The position numbers and the translations under genes were made by a program. Positions 56,092 to 64,000 of a stretch of DNA of 64,000 nucleotides are shown piece by piece (within the stretch, counting starts at the first letter, position 1; each line of letters begins with the position of its first letter). The DNA is from Rebecca billardiae RCC1528. Its lineage: Eukaryota; Protista; Haptophyta. The stretch spans positions 806,001 through 870,000 of the forward strand of contig OZ251226.1 of assembly GCA_965240325.2 (NCBI GenBank), given 5' to 3'. The notes beneath the pieces were generated by a model. The model searched no databases, was not told the DNA's origin, and saw only the letters and a list, made by a program, of their open reading frames with translations.

Positions 56092-56593
56092 CAGCTGCAC
56101 CGCGGGCCCCCAACTACGTTGGTTCTGACGGAAGAGGACCGCGGTCCCGCGGAACGCGGTCATCAATCAATATGTATATATATGGCGGCTGATGATGAAC
56201 TCGTGCTGACGATAACTTTGAGTATGACTACTGTAGTCTCACAACTCTGAAGTATACTGCGATGACTGCTGTCGGTATCTCTTGCGTTCGGAGTCAACGT
56301 AGCTCAGCTTATTATACAGTATCATATAATTTAAGCTGCTACTGAGTATGATGCCAGCAGCACCCGGGTGGCGCGCGGGATTCATGAGCCGCCGCGCCGC
56401 GCCCGCCGCCATCGCATGATGCAGGATCATTTTGATTTCGTACTAATCGTAGTCCGCCGCGCCTGGGATGATTTTAAGAGTATAAGACTATACGACGCCG
56501 ACACTCGGTACGACTTAACTTTATAATAATAATGACCGCGTTCCGCGGTCCTTTTCCGTAGAACCAACGCAGTTGGGGGCCCGCGGCGCAGTG
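56092..56593. mobile_element. Nested MITE-like element with ~60-bp TIRs and AT-rich interior
   Basis: CCGCGGGCCCCCAACTACGTTGGTTCTGACGGAAGAGGACCGCGG...AACGCGGTCAT (~56100-56163) versus the reverse complement of ~56532-56590. No clear TSD. Confidence 0.7.
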
Positions 56594-56665
56594 GTTGAGA
56601 ATCGGAGGCTGACGAGTCAGTCAGTCCGAGTCAGAAAGACAGTTCAGCCACTCTGAGAGGGAGAG

Positions 56666-57430
56666 TCAGACCCGAGACCGAGTCTCGGACTCGGCGCGAG
56701 TATGCGGGCGCGCACGGCCAAGGGTGGCATGGGACACCAGCGGACGGGCCGCGCGGGGAAGCGGGGCGGCGCGCTCGCAGGGCGAGAGGCGCGGACGGGC
56801 CGCGCGGGGAAGCGGGGCGGCGGCGCGCGCAGGGCGAGAGGGCGAGAGGCGCCGCGCGGCGCCGGGCCGGCGCGTGCGCGCGTGCGGGCGCACCTGCTTC
56901 AGCTTGAGGTGCTCGCGCTGCGCCATGCGCTCGACGAAGGGCCGCCGGTCGCTCAGCCGGCGCGCCTCGGGCCGGCATGGCGAGAGCGCGCGCCACTGCC
57001 GCCCGCCCACGCTGCGCAGCCACGCGCAGACCGAGCGGAGCTCGGGGTGGAACGAAGCGAGTGGCATGTCGCGCCCGCCGCCCGGCGCACGTGTGCCCTG
57101 CTCCACCGCGCCGCCGTGCTCGCCCGCCGCCTGCTCCGCCGCGTCGGCCTCGAGGATGGCGGCGGCCAGCGGCAGGCTGAGCGGCGCGCGCTCGCCCACG
57201 GTCGCTTCGAGGGCCGTCCACACCTGCTCGAGCTGCTGCAGGGCGTCGACAAGGGCAGCGCGACCGCCCAGCGCGTCCGCGTGCGCGTGGAGCTCGGCGT
57301 CTCGCTTCGCCAGGTCGGCGCCCAGCGCCTCTGCGCGCACGCGTCGAGCTCGGCGTCGCGCTTCGCCGGCTCGGCGCCCAGCGCCTCCACGCGAGTACCT
57401 GCCTGTCAATTGTCTGCTCTGTCTCCATCC
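56666..57430 (-). pseudogene. Frameshifted, intron-containing gene fragment inside the TIR element
   Basis: Coding-like segment EALGADLAKRDAELHAHADALG...FVERMAQREHLKLKQ ends at a CAG|GTGCGC donor. An upstream duplicate unit (EALGAEPAKRDAELDACA) lies in another frame. Confidence 0.45.
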
Positions 57431-59001
57431 GGCCGGATGCCGGCCGTCGGCCGGCCGTCCGGTCGCGAGCACGCGGATGGCTCCCGCGCACTTGCGTGCC
57501 TGCGCGACGCAGCGCGCACGCACAGCGACACGGGCGCGGGGTAGAAATCAGGAGAGCGCCGCCGCCCGCGCACCACCCCACCGAGAGTACGCACATGCGC
57601 ACGCCGTGACGACATGGCACGACATGGCGCATGTCGAACGCAACGCCCCGACACGGAAGCCTGATGGCTGATCCGCGCGCGCCCGCAAACGCGGACGCGC
57701 GCGCGGGCGGGCGCGCGGGCGTGCGTACGCCGCCCGCGCGGGAGGCGCCCGCGGCCGCGCGCGCTCCGCGCGCGCGGCGCGCGCTCCGCGCGGTCGTCCA
57801 CACCGATGGTCGCCGGGTCGAGGGAGGAGGGCTCGCCCGTGTGGGTGCAGCCCCCTGTTTTGAGCTTCGCGAGTTCGTGACCGCGGCTGAATCAAGGGCC
57901 GGCGCGCCCGGGTTCGTCGCGCTGCTTTTTTTTACTATTCACAGTTGAAAGTGATCAAGTTTCCCGATCCCTTGCCTTGCCGTTTTTATCGGTTGGCGGT
58001 TGGCGGCAATCTCATACTTAAAATCGCGCTCGTAACGAACCGTTACACTAATGTCACGTCCAGCTGACGTCCAGATCGCACTTTACTTAAGGGAATCAGC
58101 TGGGCGCGGTTTTTTTCGGCCTAATAGACCTCTCTATGCGATCTCAAAAACTCGAAACTCGGTCTCCGCCAGCCCTAAAAATCGCCCCCCGTCCCTTTTT
58201 TCTTGATCAAAGATCTTTTTGAAATGTGGTTCGGGCCCGCTGGTGCGGGCTCCACGCTGCGCGCTCCGCCCTGCACCGCGGGCCATTAGTAATTATAGGC
58301 TGAACTCTGCTGAGCAGTGATCCCGTCATCCCGTGAATCTATCGTCCTAAATATTTGGACAGACAGTATTAACTCGGGAACTTAGCTTATAGAGCCGGTA
58401 GCCGACCAGCATGAGCATCATCGGCGACCCGACTCCGGCGGACCGCGGGTCGGCGGTCACCGACACCGACTGACCGAGTCACGCTGCGTCAATTACGCAA
58501 CGAAGCCGCGATGGCTGTCAGGCCTCGCTGACTCTACGCTAACGGGGCTCGTGGCCTTATTATCAACAAGGCTTCAGCAACCGGGGCGTGCTGCAACCCA
58601 CGAGCTCGTCAGACTGATTGATTGATACATAGCTCGGCTGTTACAGTCTTAGCTAGATAGTAGATAGTAGATAGCCATATTCGTCGTGCAGATGACCATC
58701 AGCCCGATCATGATCAGTCGTCATCAAGGCTTTATTCAAGGCATCAGATAATAATCACTCATCAACGGTGATGTCTGATGAGTGAGAAGGGCCGGAGATA
58801 ATCGAATAATTGATAACTCACTGGCTATCAGACAGTTCTATGACACTAGCTAGTAGTATAGCTTCCGTCTTAGTACTGCGCCGCTCGCCATCATACCATT
58901 ATTATTATAAGCGTCGCAGTGTCAGATTTGCATCACTGGACACCACGTACAGGATTATTCGACCGTCGGCGTCGACGTGATTGATGTGACACTCACGGTA
59001 T

Positions 59002-60162
59002 TCAGAAGAGCTTGCGCGCGATGATGAGCTGGCCGACGCGCCGAGCGAGTGCATCGAAGTCTCCGGCGACAGCGGCCGAGAGGCTAGCCTCGTACGGCCG
59101 ATCCTTGACGCGCTGCATCGTCACGCCACCGTGGCGGATGCCCGCGAAGAACTTGGCACCGGCCGAGCTGGAAACCTCCGCCGCGCTCGCGTCCTCCACG
59201 GCCATCTCGAGCAGTCGTGGGAACTCGGCGCGCATCTCTCGCAGGTAAACACACAGGCGCTGCATCTCCGCGTACACGTCCGGCTGCACAGAGAAGCCGA
59301 GGCCGAGGCGGGCCATCTCGTCGGAGGGCTCGTTGGCCTTGACGTGGAGGCTGTTGAAGAAGCACATGCCGATCGTCGCCGTGCTGAGCCCCGCGTCACG
59401 CAGCGTCTGCATGTAGCGCAGCATCACGCGCAGCCGGCGCATGTCCGCCGTGTCGGCGTTGCTCGGGACGATCACTGAGTCGGCGACGCACAGCGCGAGC
59501 TTGGTCATGCCGTGGAGCAGCCCGCCATCCGTGTCGACGATGACGATCCAGGGCTGCTCGGCCTCCGCGAGAGACGCGCGCAGCGTCTGCGCAACGGCGC
59601 CCAGCTCGTCGTTGCCCATCTCCTGCAGGCCACTGTGCTCGCCGGCGCCCGGCTGGCCATGCGGGCCGTTCTGCCACTGCGCGCGGTTGGACATGAGGTA
59701 CAGGTTTGGAGGCGCCGAGCTGACGCGGTCGCGCAGGCGATACACGTGGCGGGTTGCTTCGGCGCGGCGGTACAGGAACGGGAGGTAGGCGGTGGCGCGG
59801 GCGAGCACGGCCCGTGCATAGTCCTCGACCGTGCATGCGCGATCGATGACCATCGATTCAGCCGCATCGTCTTGCGCACTGCCGAGCAGCAGCCGCGTGA
59901 TGTCGCCGTAGATGCTGCAGTCGATCACCAGCACGCGACTCTCAACATTCGTCGCCGCAAGCTGCTTCGCCAGAAAGAAGGCGGTCGTGGTCTTGCCGAC
60001 GCCACCCTTGTGATTCGCGAGCGTGAAGATCTTCAGCCGATCGTGCCGGCGCGCGCGCATACGCAGGGCCACGCGAAGGAGGGGAGCAGCGGCGTAGAGA
60101 GCCGCCACTAGAATGAGCGGCCCGACCGTCCACGCCACGGTCGGCGGCAGGTCGTTCAGCAT
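59002..60162 (-). CDS. ParA/MinD/Soj-family ATPase with an N-terminal transmembrane/signal anchor
   Basis: Deviant Walker A NHKGGVGKTT, RVLVID, Walker B IVIVDT, ALCVADSVIVP. Hydrophobic WTVGPLILVAALYAAAPLL followed by basic residues. Intronless. Confidence 0.88.
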   Translation of the reverse strand: MLNDLPPTVAWTVGPLILVAALYAAAPLLRVALRMRARRHDRLKIFTLANHKGGVGKTTTAFFLAKQLAATNVESRVLVIDCSIYGDITRLLLGSAQDDAAESMVIDRACTVEDYARAVLARATAYLPFLYRRAEATRHVYRLRDRVSSAPPNLYLMSNRAQWQNGPHGQPGAGEHSGLQEMGNDELGAVAQTLRASLAEAEQPWIVIVDTDGGLLHGMTKLALCVADSVIVPSNADTADMRRLRVMLRYMQTLRDAGLSTATIGMCFFNSLHVKANEPSDEMARLGLGFSVQPDVYAEMQRLCVYLREMRAEFPRLLEMAVEDASAAEVSSSAGAKFFAGIRHGGVTMQRVKDRPYEASLSAAVAGDFDALARRVGQLIIARKLF

Positions 60163-61062
60163 CGGGGGCGACCCCCTGACCTGCTTTCGTCGGCGCTCGG
60201 CGGGACCGTCGGCTCTCCGTCCGCCAGTGAGCTGGGGGGCTGGGCGCAGTGTGCACGCACGCGCTCTCGTTCGTGACGTCAGACCCTGTCCTCCCTGGTC
60301 CAGTCCACTGCCAAAGGACCATCAAATGTCCAGCAAGGGGATCACCCCCGACTGTCAGTCCACTCTCAACAACTCCGGCCTACTCCGGGTCGGGGACTCC
60401 GGGTCCTTGTCCTGTCCTCCGCCAACCACGCCGCACGCCGACTGTTCTGGACTCTGGAGTCCTCCGCCACGCACCAAACATCCCGCGGTCCGGCCTCGCC
60501 GCTGCCAATGATGCCCTTTCGCACCTGTTCCACGGAGGGCCCGGCATTGACCGCACTGGCCGGTCGACTAGTCGAGTGCACGCATGCTGCGTGTGCGCAC
60601 AAGGCGCGCCTCACTGACTGAGTCCGACGAGGCACGCGCTGCCCGAGCGGCACTGCCGAGTGAGTGAAGTGAGCCACGTGCCCGCACGTGGTAGTTACGC
60701 GGCACGTGGTAGTTACGCGGTAGTTACGCGGACTTATTCCGAACGTTACAGTTACACTAACAGTCTAACACTATACTCTTACAGCCTACTCTATTCTCTA
60801 ACTCCGAACGGGCCGCCCGAAGTGGAGTCCGGTGGCGTGAACACTGTTCAAACAGATGACAGACAGACCTCGGACTCTGGGCTCAGAGTCTGGCGTCGAA
60901 TTCTGATGCCGTCGTCCGCCGGGTTGATCTATTAATAAAAGAATATATATATGCTGTATAGTATACTGCTAGTATTACGTATTGTCGTCGTGATGATCTC
61001 GGGCTAATAACTAAATAAGCGCGCGTGCCCACCCGCCACCGGACTAAAGTATCAGATAAGCG

Positions 61063-61254
<192 letters not shown>

Positions 61255-61334
61255 CTGGGAACGACCTGACTCTGACCAGTCTAGGCCGCGCCACGGACAA
61301 CTACAAAACCTGATAGCTAGAAGGCATTCGTATT

Positions 61335-62159
61335 TCATCGATGCCAGCGATGCCTCACCTTCTGTCTGCATGCGAACTCCACGTGGCGTTGGACGGACGG
61401 GTCAGCAAGCACGCGCTCCTTCGTGTTCAGTCGCGCGGCAAGCGCGTCGTTGGGCATGAGCCGATGGATGTGAGTGTGGCATTGGCGGCACACCATCATA
61501 CCGTGGTGATTGAGGAAGACGCGCGTTGGCTCTCCCTCCACCCCCTCAGGCAGCGCCTTGTTGATGTATTTGCCGTGCGTCTCCCGCGGGATCAGGTGGT
61601 GGAAGGTGAGTGGCATCACGCGAGTGCACATCTCGCACTCGCCCGCGCTCGTCGGCCCTGCCTCGTCGTCGTCGGGCACCACGTCATCTATCCTGATGAT
61701 GCAGTCAGCAGTGACCTCCTGTGGCTTCGCATACTCGGTGAAGACCACCTGGAAGCGGCCATCGCCAAAGGCGCGCTCCACGACGGCCTCGTGCCAGGCG
61801 TCATCCTCCGCCAGCAGGGCGAGAACTTGCGCGCCAGGGTGCAGCGGCGGAGCGTCCGCGTCGGCGTTTTCCTCAATGATGAGCCCCACACGCCGAAGCC
61901 GTCGTACGACTTCCTCCGCCATGCCGTCCTCATCATCTGGCAGGCCGCAGTCGCTCAGGCTCTCGCGCAGCGCGAGTGCGAACGCGTCGATTGAGGCGTC
62001 GATCTCGTCGGACACGGCAGCGGCAAAGCACGCCTGCACCTGTTCGGCTTGCGCCGCGTCGAGCCCGATCACGTCGCGCAACACCGTACAGCACGCCTCC
62101 TGGCTCTTGCCGCTCTCCCGCAAGCTCCACCGTTGCCGGGCGGCCATCTCGGGATTCAT
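61335..62159 (-). CDS. Tudor-domain plus HNH-type (YisB-like) zinc-binding nuclease-fold protein
   Basis: Tudor: GAQVLALLAEDDAWHEAVV...GRFQVVFTEYAKPQEV. HNH-like: CEMC.R...LTFHHLIPR..H...VCRQCHTHIH...N..LA..LNT. Start at ATG 62159 or 62147. Confidence 0.82.
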   Translation of the reverse strand: MNPEMAARQRWSLRESGKSQEACCTVLRDVIGLDAAQAEQVQACFAAAVSDEIDASIDAFALALRESLSDCGLPDDEDGMAEEVVRRLRRVGLIIEENADADAPPLHPGAQVLALLAEDDAWHEAVVERAFGDGRFQVVFTEYAKPQEVTADCIIRIDDVVPDDDEAGPTSAGECEMCTRVMPLTFHHLIPRETHGKYINKALPEGVEGEPTRVFLNHHGMMVCRQCHTHIHRLMPNDALAARLNTKERVLADPSVQRHVEFACRQKVRHRWHR

Positions 62160-62294
62160 CTGCGGCTCTTGCGCGCGGTACCTTTGCTGCCGGGTCTTTT
62201 CGCGGGGGACATGTTCATGTCCGGCGCTGCGCACTCCGGTCGCTCAGGAGGCACCGGAATCGCTCATCGGGCAAGGCACGATGGGAGTCAGACG

Positions 62295-64000
62295 ATGATG
62301 GTGGCTGACGATGATGCCGACGTCGACGTGGCGCGGCGTGCGCTGCCGGTGTGGGCGGCCCGCCAGTACATTGTGCGCGAGGCATCCGAGCACCGCTCTG
62401 TAGTCATCATGTCCGAGACGGGGAGCGGCAAGACGACGCAGATCCCCCAGTTCCTGCACGCCGCCGGCTTCTCGCGCCGCGGCGCGATCGCGGTCACGCA
62501 GCCGCGGCGTGTGGCCGCGATCACCGTGGCCCAGCGTGTCGCCGCCGAGATGCGCGTGCCGCTTGGTGGGCTTGTGGGCTACACCGTGCGCTTCGACGAC
62601 CGCAGCAGCCGGCGCGAGACGCGCATCCGGTACATCACCGACGGCATGCTGCTACGCGAGGCGCTGCAAGACCCGCTGCTCGGCCAGTACGCGTGCGTGG
62701 TGCTGGACGAGGTGCACGAGCGCTCGGTGCAGACGGACATCCTGTGCGCGGTCGCGAAGGGCGCGCAGGCCGCCCGCGCCGCGCAGCCCGGCCGCGCGGG
62801 GCCGCTCACCCTGATCGTCATGTCGGCGACGCTCGACATGGCGGCCTTCTCCGCCTACTTTGGCGGCGCGCCGTGCCTGCACATCCGCGGCCGCTCGCAC
62901 CCGGTGGCGGTGTACTACAGCCTCGCGCCGGTGGGCGACTACGTCGAGGCGGTCGTCACGGCGGCCCTGCAGGTGCACGCCGAGGAGGCCGGCTTCGCGC
63001 TCGACGGCGGCGTCGACCCCGAGCTCGCGCGCGCGCGCGGCGACGGCGGCGACGGTGACATCCTGATCTTCCTGACTGGGCAAGAGGAGATCGAGGCGGC
63101 GGCGCGGCTGATCGGCGAGCGGTGCAAGCGGCTGCCGCCGCACGTGCCCGCGCTGCTGCCCTGCCCCATGTACGCCGCGCTCTCGCCCGCCGCCCAGCTC
63201 CGCGCCCTCGACCCCGCGCCCGCCGGCGTGCGCAAGGCGATCCTCGCGACCACGATTGCCGAGACGTCTCTCACCGTGCCGGGCGTGCGGTACGTTGTCG
63301 ACTGCGGCCTCACCAAGGCGCGCGTGTTCCACGCGGCGAAGGGGGTGGACACGCTGCAGGTGGTGCCCGTCTCGAAGGCCGCCGCACGCCAGCGCGCCGG
63401 CCGCGCCGGCCGCGAGCGCGCGGGCAAGTGCTTCCGGCTGTACACCGAGGCGTTCTTCCACGGCGCGCTCGACGAGAGCGCGCCGCCCGAGATCCTGCGC
63501 ACCAACGTGAGCACCGTCGTGCTGCAGCTGAAGGCGATGCGCGTGCGCGACGTGTTCAAGTTCGACTACGTCGACGCGCCGCCGCGCGAGGCGCTCATGC
63601 GCGCGCTCGAGTCGCTGCTGCTGCTCGGCGCGCTCGACGTGCGCGGCGAGATCACCGAGCTCGGCAGCAGGATGGCTCGGTTCCCCCTCGACCCTCCGTA
63701 CGCGCGCGCGCTGCTCGCGGCGCGCGAGCACGCGTGCGTCGGGGCGATGCTCACGCTCACGGCGGCGATGTCGGTTGACGGCTCGTTCTTCGTGGGCGGC
63801 GGCGGCGGGCGCGGGCGCGGGGCCGACGACGACGCCGACCCGGCCGGCGCGGCCGCCACGCACGCCGCCGTCGACGCGGCGCGCGCGCGGTTCGCGTCGC
63901 AGTATGGCGACCTGCTCACGCGCGTGCACGCGTGCACGGCCGCGCACGAGGCCGGGAGCGCGGCCGAGTGGTGCCACGCGCACGGGCTGAACCGACGGTC
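62295..64000 (+). CDS. DEAH-box RNA helicase (DHX33/Dhr2-like), 3' truncated by the window; absent from the ORF track
   Basis: Read by hand: SETGSGKTTQIPQ, TQPRRVAA, VGYTVRFDD, TDGMLLRE, DEVHER, MSATL, IFLTGQEEIE, ATTIAETSLT, QRAGRAGR, PEILR. Confidence 0.93.
   Translation, partial: MMVADDDADVDVARRALPVWAARQYIVREASEHRSVVIMSETGSGKTTQIPQFLHAAGFSRRGAIAVTQPRRVAAITVAQRVAAEMRVPLGGLVGYTVRFDDRSSRRETRIRYITDGMLLREALQDPLLGQYACVVLDEVHERSVQTDILCAVAKGAQAARAAQPGRAGPLTLIVMSATLDMAAFSAYFGGAPCLHIRGRSHPVAVYYSLAPVGDYVEAVVTAALQVHAEEAGFALDGGVDPELARARGDGGDGDILIFLTGQEEIEAAARLIGERCKRLPPHVPALLPCPMYAALSPAAQLRALDPAPAGVRKAILATTIAETSLTVPGVRYVVDCGLTKARVFHAAKGVDTLQVVPVSKAAARQRAGRAGRERAGKCFRLYTEAFFHGALDESAPPEILRTNVSTVVLQLKAMRVRDVFKFDYVDAPPREALMRALESLLLLGALDVRGEITELGSRMARFPLDPPYARALLAAREHACVGAMLTLTAAMSVDGSFFVGGGGGRGRGADDDADPAGAAATHAAVDAARARFASQYGDLLTRVHACTAAHEAGSAAEWCHAHGLNRR

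Larger units (their letters stand above)
54385..58285. mobile_element. Non-autonomous TIR element with TTA TSD (PIF/Harbinger-like), carrying gene-like cargo
   Basis: TTA|TGGCCCGCGGTGCAGGGCGGAGCGCGCAGCGTGGAGC at the left end is mirrored exactly at the right end (...CCGCGGGCCA|TTA). Similarity continues inward with indels (54385-54695 vs 58285-58098). No transposase recognised. Confidence 0.8.

Noticed and set aside
56095-56108. 14-bp identity (CTGCACCGCGGGCC) between the nested MITE end and the outer TIR end
   Set aside because: Short, GC-rich and in opposite polarity relative to the element ends; relatedness cannot be distinguished from chance.

Overview
Very GC-rich, gene-dense eukaryotic nuclear DNA with short GC-rich introns (mostly GT-AG, donor often GTGCGC) and AT-richer, stuttering intergenic spacers. 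Composition and intron style suggest a haptophyte alga of the Pavlovales type (inference). About 24 protein-coding genes can be reconstructed by hand-splicing: HIRAN-SNF2 helicase (partial), proteasome beta5, EsV-1-7-type Cys/His repeat protein, AMMECR1, GT77 glycosyltransferase, KRR1, an 8-repeat propeller, R2R3 MYB, Gfo/Idh/MocA oxidoreductase, a large membrane-anchored protein with a bacterial-type domain, CBS protein, cytochrome b561, Sec14, a small spliced TM protein, a giant BEACH-WD40-PH protein, PDZ-IQ protein, sulfotransferase-like protein, an unknown protein with a probable GC-AG intron, Kelch-BTB, an atypical kinesin, GT25-like protein, a TM-anchored ParA-family ATPase, a Tudor-HNH fusion and a DEAH helicase (partial). 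Six pairs are head-to-head with 135-347 bp between start codons. Non-coding structure not shown by the ORF track: an 871-bp foldback element with a 9-bp target-site duplication (TSD), a 3.9-kb TTA-flanked terminal-inverted-repeat (TIR) element carrying a spliced gene fragment and a nested MITE, and a dispersed ~50-nt motif that forms a perfect 21-bp hairpin at one site. Comparing repeat copies suggests intergenic DNA decays by short, often templated insertions. Most other ORFs in the track are GC-driven shadow frames. All coordinates and splice sites were read by eye.
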